Source: Hemiscyllium ocellatum (taxonomy: Eukaryota). From it: 64,000 nucleotides of DNA. Every line of letters starts with the position of its first letter. Position 1 is the stretch's first letter. The translations under genes and the position numbers were made by a program. Below the pieces are notes generated by a model, which saw only the letters and a list, made by a program, of their open reading frames with translations, ran no database searches and was not told where the DNA came from. The stretch spans positions 29,684,999 to 29,748,998 of the forward strand of contig NC_083424.1 of assembly GCF_020745735.1 (NCBI RefSeq). Direction: 5' to 3'. Positions 36,381 through 49,040 of this stretch are shown here, in pieces.

Positions 36381-37918
36381 TCTCAGGCATTTCATCTCAA
36401 TTCAAAAAAACATCATTGCTTGTGGGTTGTATAGATTTTCAATTTATTTAACAATAAATTTCGCTCACGTGGATTTTTGACAGTATCCTGCAACTGCACT
36501 CAGCTCACACAACAGCAATATCATACCTAAAAACGTTGGCTGTTTTTCTCTCTCTCCAGATACTGCTTGATCCGCTGATTCCAAACACAGTATGTTCTTA
36601 TTCCAGGTGTCAAGCTTCTGCAGTACTCTGCTTCCATACACCATAACAATTTCTACTGTATTTATATATTCTGTCTTAAAACCACGTAATGTAACAGATA
36701 CGCACAATCACGTGGGACACTAATCTAGAATAAGGAAACTAGTTCCAATAAATGGATTTCGGAGCTTTTCTTTAAAGGGTTGGAAAGGCTCACAGGGTGA
36801 ACATCCTCTATTAAATGTTAATTTGGAAGCACCAGCTTTCGGAGTGCTGCTCCTTCAGCGCTCCCAAATAAACCTGTTGGACTATAACGCGGTATAGTGT
36901 GATTTTTCAACTTAGTTCACCCCAGTCCAACACCAGCACCTCCAAATCATGATTATTAAAATGGAGCTAGAGGTTGAGCCAATCATGGTGTTAGGATGAT
37001 TACACAACAGTTTGAAGTCAAAGCAAGGTACATAGGTCTACACGTATGTAAAGAGAAAAATATTAGTTAAGGCAACTACACTCAGAAGCTGGGGAAATTA
37101 TTATGGGAAACAAAAAGATGGCACATTTTGGTGCTGTCTTCAGAAGAGGACACAAATAACATCCCAAAAATACCAGGTCTAGTGAGAGATGAGAGGAAAT
37201 CAGTATTAGAAGAGAAATGGTGTTGGGTAAAATGATGGGAGTAAAGGCCAATAAATCCCTAGGACCCAAAAATCAGAGGAAATAATGGTGGTCATCTTTC
37301 AAGATTTTATAAACTCTGGAACAGTTCTCATTGATAGAGAATTTGTAACCCTATAATTTAAAAAAGGAAATACAGAGAAGTAAGGAAATTGTAGCCCAGT
37401 GAGCCTGACATCATTATTAGCAAAAATACTCAAGTCCAGTAGAAAGGATTTAATACCAGAGCATTTGGAAAACAGTGGTAGGATCAGACAGAATAAGTAT
37501 GGAATTACAAAAGGGACATCATGTTTGACAAACATGCTGGAATCATTTTTTGAAGTCATCCAGATGCCTTTTGCATGTTGCAATTGTAAAATCAACATTT
37601 AAAAGGCATCTGGATAGGTATATGAATCGGAAGGGTTTGGAGGAATATGGGCCAGGTTCTGGCAGGTGGGACTAGGTTGGGTTGGGATATCTGGTCGGCA
37701 TGGACAAGTTGGATTGAAGGTTCTGTTTCCGTGGTGTACATCTCTATGACTCTGTGAAAGTGCAATTGTAGAGTAATTAGGGGGATGCAGTAGATGTAGT
37801 TTATTTGGACTCAGAAAGCTTTCATGCTAATAGATTAGCATGTAAACTTAAAGCGCAAAGGATTGAGGGTAGTCTACTGATATGAATAGAGAACCAGTTC
37901 GCAGAAAGGAAACAAAGA

Positions 37919-38636
37919 TGTGAGAAACAAAGCTCACTCTCTTCAATAATTTCAGTCCGAGACAAGATCTGAATCAGTAGTGTCATTTATTTTACCCTTG
38001 TAAGAGGGTGCGATGTCCACTGTCTACAAGGCAGGGACACACACACCCCCTGAATTCAACGAATACACGATATTTATGTAATTTGGTTCTTTTTTTTATA
38101 CCATTGCTCCTCCCCGTTTACATCTTCCACTTCTCTAAGAACTGCAACCATTACTCCTGTTTATCTCTTGCCTTATTCGGCCTTGTCTGTGACAAAATGC
38201 TTATTTCTGGCCTCACAAGGCCGTTTGACTACATCCTGCTGTGGCCCATTGTTAGGTATTATCTACTCCCTCCATCTGTGCTTTCCCCAACCATACTGAT
38301 CCTTATGATCTTCTAATTGGGGTTTGTTCCTGTGTTTCTGTAAAAATGGGAAACAGATGCTCATAACTCTTGCTTGTGCAAGCATATCTGGCTTAACCTA
38401 CATCCTCACAGCACCTTATCTATTTAATGTCTGTAACATCTACCATTGTTTTGCAGTCATGTTTCATTCTTGCATACAATTTTAGCTAATACAAAACAAT
38501 TTGTATTTCCTCCATATAGTTTGCATTCTTGTTGACTCAGCTCTTAGCTGAAACAATTACACACTGGTGTGAGTTCATTTACCTTGCATAAGTAATTATA
38601 ATTGCAGAAGTAACACTACATTACCTACATCCCACA
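37919..38636 (-). mobile_element. Solo LTR, 718 bp, TG...CA, 5-bp TSD AAAGA
   Basis: TGTG/CACA termini; AAAGA at 37914-37918 and 38637-38641; host CR1 sequence resumes across it; homologous to 11506-12199. Confidence 0.85.
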
Positions 38637-39042
38637 AAAGAGTAAAAATAAATAGCTCTTTTTCTGACTGGCAGCCAGTATCTAGTAGGGTCCCATAGGG
38701 ATCAGTGCTTCAACTTAATCGATTCATAATATATATGAATGATTTTGATGAGGGAACTGAAGGTCATATCTCTCAGCTTGCAGACAATACAAAGCTGGTG
38801 GGAGGGTGAACTGTGAGCTTGATGCAGAGATGCTTCAGTGTGATTAGGACAAGTTGACTGAGAGGGGAAATGCATGGCAGATGATGAATAATCGAAATAA
38901 ATTTGTGGTTATCTATTTTAGGAGCAAAAACAGGATGGCAGATTATTGTCTGAAGGACAGGAGATTGGGAAAGAGGAAGATGTAACAAGATCTGGGTGTC
39001 CTTGCACACTAGTCACTGAAAGTAAACAGGACAGAAGCGGGT

Positions 39043-39272
39043 ACTGCAGATACCGGAGATTAGAGTCAAGATTAGAGTGGTGCTGGAAACGCATAGCAGG
39101 TCAGGGAGCATCTGAGGAGCAAGAAATTCGACGTTTTGGGCAAAAGTCCTTCATTCAGAATGAGGCTGGGAGGTTCTGAGGTTATCTCTCCACCTTCGAG
39201 GCTCCCAGCCTCATTCCGGATGAAGGGCTTTTGCCCGAAACATCAATTTTCTTGTTCCTTGGATGCTTGACT
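39043..39272. repeat. Inverted pair of Penelope-derived family A repeats
   Basis: Minus copy (about 39043-39170) and plus copy (about 39200-39272) share CCCAGCCTCATT...TGAAGG.CTTTTGCCC. Confidence 0.8.
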
Positions 39273-39559
39273 TAAAGTAAGCAAGCAAGTACAGCAGGTA
39301 ATGAAGAGATAAATTAATTGTATGTTGGCCTTCATAGCAAGTGGATTCAAGTACAGGAACAGAGATGTCTAACAGAGATATCTTGCAGCAATTGTTCGGA
39401 CTCTTGCTTCGAGTAGATGTGAAGCATTCTGAGTAGTTTTGAGGGAATGATATCTGAGGAAGGCTGTTCAGGCTTCAAACAGAGTGCAAAAAGTTTATCA
39501 GACTAATTGCGAGGATTTTGTATGAGGAGAGACTGGAACACTTAGGATTGTACTCACTG

Positions 39560-39745
39560 GAGTCGAAAAGTGTGGCACTAGAAAAGCTCAGCAGGTCAGG
39601 CATCATCTGAGGTGCAGGAGAGTGAATTTTTCATGCCTGAAACATCGACTCGCCTGCTCCTCGGATGCTGCCTGACTTGCTGTGCTTGTCCATCAACACA
39701 CTTTTCGATTATCACTCTCCAGCATTTGCAGTCCTCACTTACTCC
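39560..39745. repeat. Inverted pair of Penelope-derived family A tails
   Basis: CAGCAGGTCAGGCATCATC versus GATGCTGCCTGACTTGCTG; CACTGGAGTC flanks both sides (about 39555 and 39754). Confidence 0.75.
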
Positions 39746-41139
39746 TTATAGTCACTGGAGTCTCGATAAATGAGGAGGGCATTATCTCATAGAAACCTAT
39801 AAAATTCAAAATGCAGGAAGAATGTTCCTGATGACTGGGGAGTCCAGAACCAAGGATCACATTCTAAACATACTTGGCCAATTAGAACTGAGATGAGGAA
39901 AAATTTCTTCACTCGGACAATGATGAGCCTGTGAAATTTACAGAAAATGGTTGAGGCCAAAATATTGAATGTTCTGAAGGGGGGGTTAGACATAGTTCTT
40001 AGGGCTAAAGGGATCAGAGGGTTATGGGAGAAAATGCGAACGGAGTACTGATTTGGATGATCAGCCATGAGTAGTGGAGTAGTTTTAAAGGGCTGAATAG
40101 CCTAGTCTTGATCCTTTTTGTTATGTTCAAATTTCTCTCCCCAAAATACATGCCGAAAGAATTGTAGTTGTTGCTTGGTGATTACCTGCAAAAGGCTTTC
40201 TTACGTGTCTGCTTCCCTCAATACTCAAATTAGGTGTGTCCAACTAATCCTGATCTTACTTCTCAAAAAACACATCTCTGCTGGCCTTTTACTTTCACTG
40301 TTTTGCTTATACACTCTTTGTAGTAACTTTTAACAGATCTAATTTTGCTTTCTTGTTCAATATTACAAGTCGACATTTCATATCTCAGTAGATTCAAAAT
40401 AATTGTAGAAACAGTACAGAATTCTGTCCAAAGATTAGTTAATAATATCAGTTACTTTTAGCACATTTTGGTATCAGTGAAATTATAAGGACTTCCATTG
40501 GCTGAAGCTGAAATCCAAAATACGGTGTTCCAATTGTACTTTTTAAAAAACCCATTCCCTTTGCATTGCCGTGTTAGTCATTTATATCATTTGAAAAATG
40601 TGTCCTTTCTGTACATAGATCAAAGTTGATCACAAGTTCATCCTCAGAACTAATTTAGGACCACTTATTTGCAGGTCTTTGAAATTTAAAGTCAGTAGCT
40701 AGTCTATAAGACACTTGATCGTTTGGAATTTTTGCTTTTTTACTACATAAAAGTTGTTTTTAACCAGAGAAAGGGCAATGACGAATGCTTCTATAAAAAA
40801 ATGAAGTATCGGAGATGCTGGAAACGTAACATAATATCAGAGAGTGGGATATCTGGGATGGAGAGAGAAAACAACAACATTTTTGCGAATCTGGAATTAC
40901 ACTTTCAAAACTCAGCTTGTTCGCGTAATACATCTGTAGTGGTTTCAAAAATTGTTCAGTGAAATTTATTAATACAAAATATCTGCAAAAGGAACTTGTA
41001 TATTATCTCTAAACGTGTTGTGCTATTCTACCCAGACACTGCCATTCAGCCAGTGTATAAACGTAGACTTCGGAAACTGACCTCTTCGAAAGTGGAATCT
41101 GCACTTATGACCAGCCGGTGGGGGTGGGGAAAAGAACGA

Positions 41140-41330
41140 ATCACGTGCTCCTTCAGCGCGCCGTTGTGGGCGGAGCTTCTCTTCAGTTTGACCGGCCCTC
41201 CTTCCCCTGAGGATCACATGGTGCGGACAACGAAACTGTCCCGCGCGGTGGTGGGCGGAGCTTCTCCTGTCCATGACGTCGACGCGCAGGGAATGCTGGG
41301 AATCTGCCTAATCCCGCCAATTTAAAAAAA
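41140..41330 (+). promoter_or_regulatory. KNTC1: Probable KNTC1 promoter (CpG island; E-box, two GC boxes, CRE-like, E2F + CHR-like)
   Basis: CACGTG 41142-41147; GTGGGCGGAGCTTCTC at 41166-41181 and 41251-41266; TGACGTC 41274-41280; TCCCGCCAA 41312-41320 followed by TTTAAA 41321-41326. Candidate donors for a non-coding exon 1 after 41411 (ACG|gtatgg) or 41452 (AAA|gtgagt). Confidence 0.7.
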
Positions 41331-41979
41331 ATCAATTTTTCTGTAGAGGGTCTGGAATGATTTTTGATGCTTTGATTCATATTTCTGTGGTGTTGGTCTA
41401 ACTTGTTGACGGTATGGGTAATTATAATGATAGTTGATGTATTTGATTAAAAGTGAGTTTTCCCCGATTGACGGAGGATTTGGCATTTACGGCCTTTCGG
41501 TTAGTTGCCGTGAATTACTGCAGCGGCGAGTACGGTTAATTACGGTTACGGTTAATTTGTGAACTATATGCAAGGAAGATCATCCTGAATTTCAGTTAAA
41601 CCAGCATGAATGTTTTGCTGTCGACCCCAGTTGTTAGATTTTGTGTTTATTACTGGAAGATCATTAACCTTTTTGTTACCTGAGTTCATGATACACCTTT
41701 ACTGTTTCCGATGTATAGATCAGTGTCACTGTTTTTTTACCTGTATTCCTACCTCATTGTAGTGAGACAATCAGCTACCAGGATGCTGCTTTCTCCCAGA
41801 CAACCCACTCGCTCCTATTTTGTTTTTCATCTAAGTGCTGCTCCTTGGTAATATTATTCTAAACATGACTTTGCAGTAAATATGTTAGTTAAACTATTGA
41901 CTTTGTGTCATTTTTATTGTTCAGAAACACATGCTAACTTCTGGAATCTGCATTTGTGCGATTTAACTTGAAATTCAGT

Positions 41980-42630
41980 TTTTTATCTTTTTTTCCTTCC
42001 CCACCCCACACACACACACACATTACCGCCTAACCGCGGTAATGTATGTGTATGTGTGCAGGTGTGAGACACAAAGTGCACGAATCTTTATTCAATTTCC
42101 ACCACCAGGAAGATAGGAAAACACCCAGGTGGCCAGTGGCAAGCAGTGCCATTCACATCAAAGGGCAATGTTGTGTGATCAAAACAGTGAAGGGGAGGGC
42201 CAGGACTAAATCAAAATAGAGTTGGAGGGGGAAAAGAACTCAGTTCTTTTTTTCTCTTTTTTTTTGTGCCCTTCACATCAAAGGGCATCTCCTGGTTTTT
42301 TTTTCTCTTTTCTTTTATTTTTTTTGACAAGCAGTGCCCTTACGTTCCTGTTTTTTTTTCTTTCTCTTATTAACCCCCACACTACCGCCTAACTGCGGTA
42401 GTGCTTATTATTTTTATCCCCAGCACCCATGGTGTGTGCGTGCAGCTGTGAGACACAGTGAGAGACAAGGTGTACAAATCTTTATTCAATTTCCACCACC
42501 AGGAAAAATAGGAAAACACCCAAGTGGCCTGTGACAAGCAGTGCCCTTCACATCAAAAGGCATCTCCTGGTTATATTTTTTTTAGTGCCCTTACACTCCT
42601 GTTTATTTTTTTTTTCTTTTTTTTTGTGTG
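41980..42630 (-). repeat. Two tandem copies of a poly(A)-tailed retroposon 3' end, plus shuffled sub-fragments
   Basis: TACCGCCTAAC.GCGGTA...AATCTTTATTCAATTTCCACCACCAGGAA...CAAGCAGTGCC.TTCACATCAAA at about 42000-42170 and 42375-42560; T-runs to the left; AATAAA on minus. Confidence 0.65.
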
Positions 42631-42999
42631 TGCAGCAAGAACTCAGTTCTTATCAGTGTTTCAAAGTGGTCCCATTGGGTGTATTGTTGCTGTCCCTTCA
42701 ATTTGCAGTCAATTTATAAACTGAACTGCTGAAAACTTTTATGGTCTTATGTTGAATGGTTTATTTGGGTTTACAATGAAAAATCTCCTGCTTTTGAAAA
42801 GCAGTGGTGTATTGGTGGAATATGAAACTTTTTCATTAAAAATTGTACAATTTTACAATAGACCAATTTCTATTTCAATCCCAAGCATGCATTTATTTTC
42901 TTTGCCAAAGTTGCTTATAAAGTAAGAATATTAAATCATTTTAATTTCCTGGTTTGTAGGTGTAAAAAGCTTTGTGATCGGTTGTTTGCACTGTGTAGG

Positions 43000-45900
43000 T
43001 TTTCTGGTGATTGCTGACTTAGAGCCTGAGAGATGTACAATGCTCTTTTTTTGACTGCATAACAAATCTGGAGCTGCAGATGGACTCGATGTGGAGCATC
43101 CGCGATGCTGAGGAGGTCATGGATAGCACATTTAGTGAACTGGTCACACCGCAGGTTAGAATTGCTGAGGGAGACAGTGAATGGGTGACCAAAAGGCAGA
43201 AAAAGAGTAGGAAGGCAGTGCAGATGTCACCTGTGGTCATCTCCCTCCAAAACAAGTATACCGTTTTGGATATAGTTGGAGGAGCTGGCTCATCAGGAGA
43301 GGGCAGCAGTTGTCAAGATCATGGCACTGTGGTGGGCACTGCTGTTCAGAAGGAAAAAGACTCGTAGGGCCATAGCCATAGGGGATTCTATTGTGAGGGG
43401 AGAAGATGTGCGGTTCTGTGGCCAAAAACGGGACTCCTGGATGGTATGTTGCCTCCCAGGTGTTTGGGTCAGGGATGTCACCGTTTGGCTACAGAGCATT
43501 CGAAAAGGGGTAGGTAAACAGCCAGTTGTCTTGGTGCATATAGGCACCAATGATATAAGTAGAAAACGAGATGAGGTCCCGAAAGAAGAATTCAGGGAGC
43601 TAGGAGAGAAGTTAAAGAGGACGACCTCAAAGATAGTGATCTCTGGATTACTACCAGTGCCATATGCTAGCCAGCGTAGAAATGAAAAAATAGACAGGAT
43701 GAACACTTGGCTTGAGAGATGGTGTAGGAGGGAGGGGTTCAGATTTGTTGGACATTGGGACCGGTTCTGGGGAAGGTGGGACTATTACAAAATGGACGGT
43801 CTACTTCTGAACCAGACCGGAACCAATGTCCTTGGGGAAGTTTTGCTACTGCTGTTGGGGAAGTTTTAAACTAATGTGGCAGGGGGCTGGGAACCAGAAG
43901 AAAAAACAAGTAGGCAGCGAGGTGGAGACTGTAAGAATCATGAAGATAGCATTAATAAAGGAAAGAGTAGGCAAAGAGCAGATGTGCGCAAAAGATCTGG
44001 TGGCCTGAAAAGCATCTACTTTAATGCAAGGAGTATGGTGTGTAAGGCAGATTAACTTAGGGCTTGGATTGGTGCCTGGGAGTATGACGTTATTGCAACC
44101 ACAGAGACTTGGTTGAAGGAAGGGCAAGATTGACAACTAAATGTTTCAGGATATCGATGCTTCAGACAGGACAGGGAGGGAAGTAAAAGGGAGGGTGGAG
44201 TTACATTTCTGGTCAGGGACGATATCACAGCTGTGCTAAAGGAGGACACTATGGAGGTCTTGGGTGGTGAGGCATTCTGGGTGGAGCTGAGAAATAAGAA
44301 GGGTGCATTTACATTGTTGGGTCTGTATTATAGGCCTCCCAACAGTGAGCGTGAGGTAGAAGAATAAATAAATAAACAGATTATGGAAAGATGTAGAGGC
44401 AATAGGGTAGTGGTGATGGGAAATTTTAATTTTTCCAAGATTGACTGGGATACACTAAGATGTGTGGATGGGATAGAATTTGTAAGAAGTGTCCAGGAGA
44501 ATTTTCTAGAGCAGTATGTCAATAGTCTGATGAGGGAAGGGGCCATATTGGACCTGGTACTGGGGAACGAGCCAGGACAGGTGGTAGAAGTTGCGGTGGG
44601 GGATTTCTTTGGGAACAGTGACCACAATTATGTAAGTTTTAGAATACTCTAGATACAGATGAGGGGTCCTAAGGGAAGAGTACTAAACAGGGCCAAGACC
44701 AATTATATCAAAATTAGGCAGGATCTCTGAGATATAGATTGGACACAACTATTTCAAGGGAAGTCCACATTTGAGATGTGGGAGGCTTTCAAAGGTAGGT
44801 TAAAGTTAGTGCAGGATAAGCATGTCCTGTTGAAGGCAAAGGATAGGAAGGGCAAGATTCGTGAACCATGGATGACAGGAGAAATTTTACGACAAGCCAA
44901 GAGGAAAAGGAAAGTGTACATAAGGTCTAGGCAGCTAAGAACAGAACGGGCTTTGGAGGAATATCGGAAGAGGACAAGTCTGAAATGAGGAATCAAGCGG
45001 GCTAAAAGGGGTCATGAAATAGCTTTAGTGAGCAGAATTAAGGAGAATCCCAAAGCATTTTATTCTTGTATAAGAAGCAAACGGGTAACTAGAGAAAGGA
45101 TTGGTCTACTAAAGGATAATGAAGGAAGGCTGTGTGTCAAACCTGAGCAAACGGGTGAGATTCTGAATGATTACTTTGTATCAGTGTTCGCTGAGGGGAG
45201 TAACATGATGAATGTTGAGGTTAGAGATAGAAGTTTGATTAGTCTGGGTCACATGGTAGACTAATGGAGAAAGTGAAGCCACATGGTGTGCAGGGTGTTC
45301 TTGCTAGGTGGATAAAGAACTGGTTGAGCAATAGGATACAGCGAGTAGTATTTGAAGGGAGTTTCCCGAAATGAAGAAAGGTGACCAGTGGTGTTCCACA
45401 GGGTCAGTGTTGGGGTCACTGTTGTTTGTGATGTATGTAAATGATCTGGAAGAGGGCACTGTTTGCAGATGACATGAAGATTGGTGGAGTAGCAGAAAGC
45501 GTAAGGGACTGTTAGAGAATACAGGAGGATATAGATAGACTGGAGAGTTGAGCGGAAAAGTGGCAGATGGTTTTCAATCCAGACAAATGTGAAGTGATGC
45601 ATTTAGGCCAGACTAATTCTAGAGTGAATTATACAATGAATGGAAGAGCCTTGGGAAAAGTTGATTGGCAGAGAGATCTGGGAGTATTCATTGTACCCTA
45701 AAATTTGCTGCACAGGTGGATAGAGTGGTCAAGAAGACATATAGTATGCTTGCCTTCATTGGACGGGGTATTGACTATAAGAGTTGGCAAGTCGTTAAAA
45801 TTGTATAAGACACTGGATAGGCCGCATTTAGAATACTTTGTGCAATTCTGGTTGCCACATTACCAAAAGGATGTGGATTGTTTGGAGAGGGTGCAGAGAA

Positions 45901-46355
45901 GGTTTACGAGGGTGTTGCTTGCTATGGAAGGTGCTAGCTATGAAGAGAGGTTGAGTAGGTTAGGTTTGTTTTCATTAGAAAAAAGGAGATGGAGGTTTAC
46001 AAAATCATGAAGGGTATAAGCAGGGTGGATAGAAACAAGCATTTCCCCAGGGTGAAGGATTCAATAACAAGAGGTCAGGCTTTCAAGTGAGAGATGGAAA
46101 GTTTAAGGGAGATACACGTGGCAAATACTTCACACAGAGGGTGGTGGGCGTTTGGAACGTGTTGCCAGCAGAGATGGTAGAGGCAGACACGGTGGATTCA
46201 TTTAAGATGTGTCTGGACAGATGCATGAGTAGGTGGGGAACAGAGGGATACAGATGCTTAGGAATTGGGTGACAGGTTTAGGCAGTACATTTGGATTGGC
46301 TCAGGCTTGGCGAACCGAAGGGCCTGTTCCTGGGCTGTAAATTTTCTTTGTTCTT
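43000..46355 (+). mobile_element. Near full-length CR1 LINE (ORF1 SGNH esterase, ORF2 APE endonuclease + RT), inactivated
   Basis: ORF1 has IGDSIVR, CCLPG, VHIGTND and DGLLLN. ORF2 has VVMGNFN and ILDLVL...SDHN (APE), NPKAFYSCI, and RT end VWNVLP. Stops, frameshifts and an internal deletion near 45260. Confidence 0.93.
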
Positions 46356-46359
46356 TAAA

Positions 46360-47580
46360 CAGGTCCTTAGGTCCAACTCTTCCCTGCTGACTGGATATCC
46401 TAAATTAATCTCGTCCCATTTGCCCATATTTGGCCTATATCCCTCTAAACCCCTCCTCTTGATATACCCATTCGGTTGCCTTTGTATGACACAATGGTGA
46501 ACCCTTCTGGTAATTAAACTAAACACCCAGAAAAGCTCACCTCACCTCATGATGGCAAACTCCCAAATTCTACTATTTATAGAAAATAATATCAATTTAT
46601 TCTTTAACACCAGAAGTGAATATTAAACAACAATAATTACATCAACTTAATTTCAAAACCACATGGTCACCTTCAGAGTCTGTCTTCTTCCAGCTAAAGT
46701 TCTCCCTGGGTCGTCTTTCTTTTCACTATGAATATTTTTCATATGAAAGGGTACCTTTGATGGAGAATGTTTCCTAATTTCTTGGATCTGTGTTGATGGC
46801 AGTTGCTCTGACTGATTTTCAAAATGCCTGCATTTTTAAATATCCCAGACATTAGATCATCTCATTGAATTTATTGTTTTGCCAACATTGAACCAAACTC
46901 GATTGGGTTTTAGTATCCTGGGCATAATTTAAACAGGTTAAATTCGAATTGTTATTAAAACAGCTACCAACTCAGGTATCCATTTCACAGCCAAATTTTG
47001 CATATTTTTAGTTTTCCAAAACACTCTGAGACTGCTGTCCACTCATATCACAGGTGCTTGTAAGCTCTCAGTGCAGAACAGCATTCACTCTCTCTGAAAG
47101 GTACAGTACATGTCTTCAACTTCAAAACACACTTTAAATGTTTTAGTTGTATCAGCCTCTACCACTTCTGCTAGCAGCTCATTCCATACATGCACCGCAT
47201 TTTGTGTGAAAAAATTGCCTCTTAGGTTCCTTTTAAATCCTTCCTCTCTCACCCTGATCCAATGCTCTCTAGTTGTGGACTTCCCCACCCCAGTGAAAAG
47301 GCCTTGTTGATTTACCCTATCCATGCCCCTCATGACCTGAGAAATCTCTATAAGGTCACCCCTCAGCTGCCGACGCTCCAGGGAAAATAGCCTCAGTCTA
47401 TTCAGCCTCTCTCTATAGCTCAAACCCTCCAATTTTGGCAAAAATCTTCTAAATCTTTTCTGAACACTTTCAAATTTCACAACATCCTTCCTATAAGAGG
47501 GAGACCAGAATTGCATGCAATATTCCAAAAGTGGCCCAACAATGTCTGTACAGCCACAACATGACCTCTCAATTCCTATA
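46360..47580 (-). mobile_element. CR1 3' fragment split by an unrelated insertion of about 650 bp (about 46483-47130, LTR-like)
   Basis: CR1 tail sequence stops at TGCCTT (about 46482) and resumes at TTTAAATG (about 47133); ORF 47085-47585 is CR1 RT end. Confidence 0.75.
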
Positions 47581-48027
47581 TGCAAGGTGTCAATTTTAAA
47601 CTAACATTTGTCATGGGAAAATCCACACCATACAGATTGGCAGACTTTTATAGTCTAAACGTTCCTTAACATCAGTGCTAAGTGCTGTTGTATTGTCCTG
47701 TCCACAAAATCTGAGCAAATACAAATTTCCACATGTGGACAACACTCAGTTCAACCTGAGCATCCATCCCTCTTTGGCTTCCATACTGTGTTTGGTTTGT
47801 CATGCAATTTTATAATATTGGATGATGTTTGACCAGAAATTTCCTCCTTATAAGAAAGAAAACTAACATGAAGGTTGAATTAATGTAGCCAAACAAAGGA
47901 GGTTGCTCTTTTGGTTAAAGTTATTGTGGATGATTCTATCTTTTAGGTAATCATTGCGATTGTGCTGACTGATGAGTCATCTTTCATTAAGTTTTCATAT
48001 ACTTAACACTTTAACATTCCAAAATAA

Positions 48028-48227
48028 TTAGATTACTTACAGTGTGGAAACAGGCCCTTCGGCCCCACAAGTCCACACCGACCCGCCAAAGCGCAACCCA
48101 CCCATACCCCTACATTTACCCCTTACCTAACACTACGGGCAATTTAGCATAGCCAATTCACCTGACCCACACATCTTTGGACTGTGGGAGGACACCGGAG
48201 CACCCGGAGGAAACCCACGCAGACACG
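48028..48227 (-). mobile_element. 5'-truncated HE1-like SINE
   Basis: Nearly identical to the 3' two-thirds of 34794-35105. Confidence 0.9.
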
Positions 48228-48344
48228 TCTGGAATCAAGTAGTGGGAGTCCTTTAAAGATAGTAAATTGGGGTTGCGGACATCTTGACCATCTGGCACAA
48301 CACTGATTTAATCATTCATCATCATATTTGGTTGAATCACATCT

Positions 48345-48570
48345 GAAAAAGTTAAAAACCACACAATACTAGGTTATAGTCCAACAAGTTATCTAGAAAT
48401 ACTAACGTTTGGAGCACTGCTCCTTCCTCAGGGAGCTGTGGAGCAGCATCATAAAACACAGAATTTATAGCAAAACGTTATAGTGTCATGCAACTGAAAC
48501 GATATATTGAACAACCTAGATTGCTTTTAAGTCTTTCATCTTTCAGAATGGGTTGCAGGTTTCTGCTCCT
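48345..48570 (-). repeat. Penelope-derived family B element
   Basis: Reverse-complement match to about 57905-58127. Confidence 0.75.
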
Positions 48571-49040
48571 ATCACATCACTGAAACATAATAACATAAGA
48601 AATTGGCTGACTCCTGAGCTTATCAACCCCTCAAACTTGCAACACCATTCTATAAAAATCACTATGGATCTGTCTCAGATCTCAACTCTTCTCTTGTGCC
48701 ATCTCCATGTAAACCTCAATTTACTGATCCTTCAAAAATCTATTGCCCTACTTGAAATATCAGTGATCTAGCCTCTACTACTCTGATAGAGAATTTCAGG
48801 TATTCGCTAGTCTGGAGAAGAAATTTTTGGCATCTTGGTTTTAAATGAGTGCCTCCTTATTTTGTAATTATGTTCCTTGATTCAAGATTCCCCTACCAAT
48901 TGCCACATATCTATACTTACTAAGCCAATCCCCTTACCATCTGTATATTTCAAACAGATCACCCCCTTATCCTCTGAATTCTAATTAATAAAGGCCTAAC
49001 CTGTTAAGCATGTCTTGATATGTCAACCTTGTTATCCAAA

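Larger units (their letters stand above)
37060..40125 (+). mobile_element. Old fragmented CR1 interrupted by nested elements
   Basis: RT-like peptides (SLTSLLAKILKS, GTSCLTNML) continue on both sides of the LTR; CR1-type 3' end near 40090-40125. Confidence 0.75.

Noticed and set aside
36034-36480. 148-aa plus-strand ORF over the RSRC2 promoter (likewise 40996-41325)
   Set aside because: No recognisable homology; ORFs are expected by chance in stop-poor CpG islands.
43276-43869. Host SGNH/GDSL esterase gene
   Set aside because: It is CR1 ORF1, followed directly by APE-RT ORF2, and it is frameshifted.
47969-47990. CTGATGAGTC as another hammerhead core
   Set aside because: No stem II closure or GAAA downstream.
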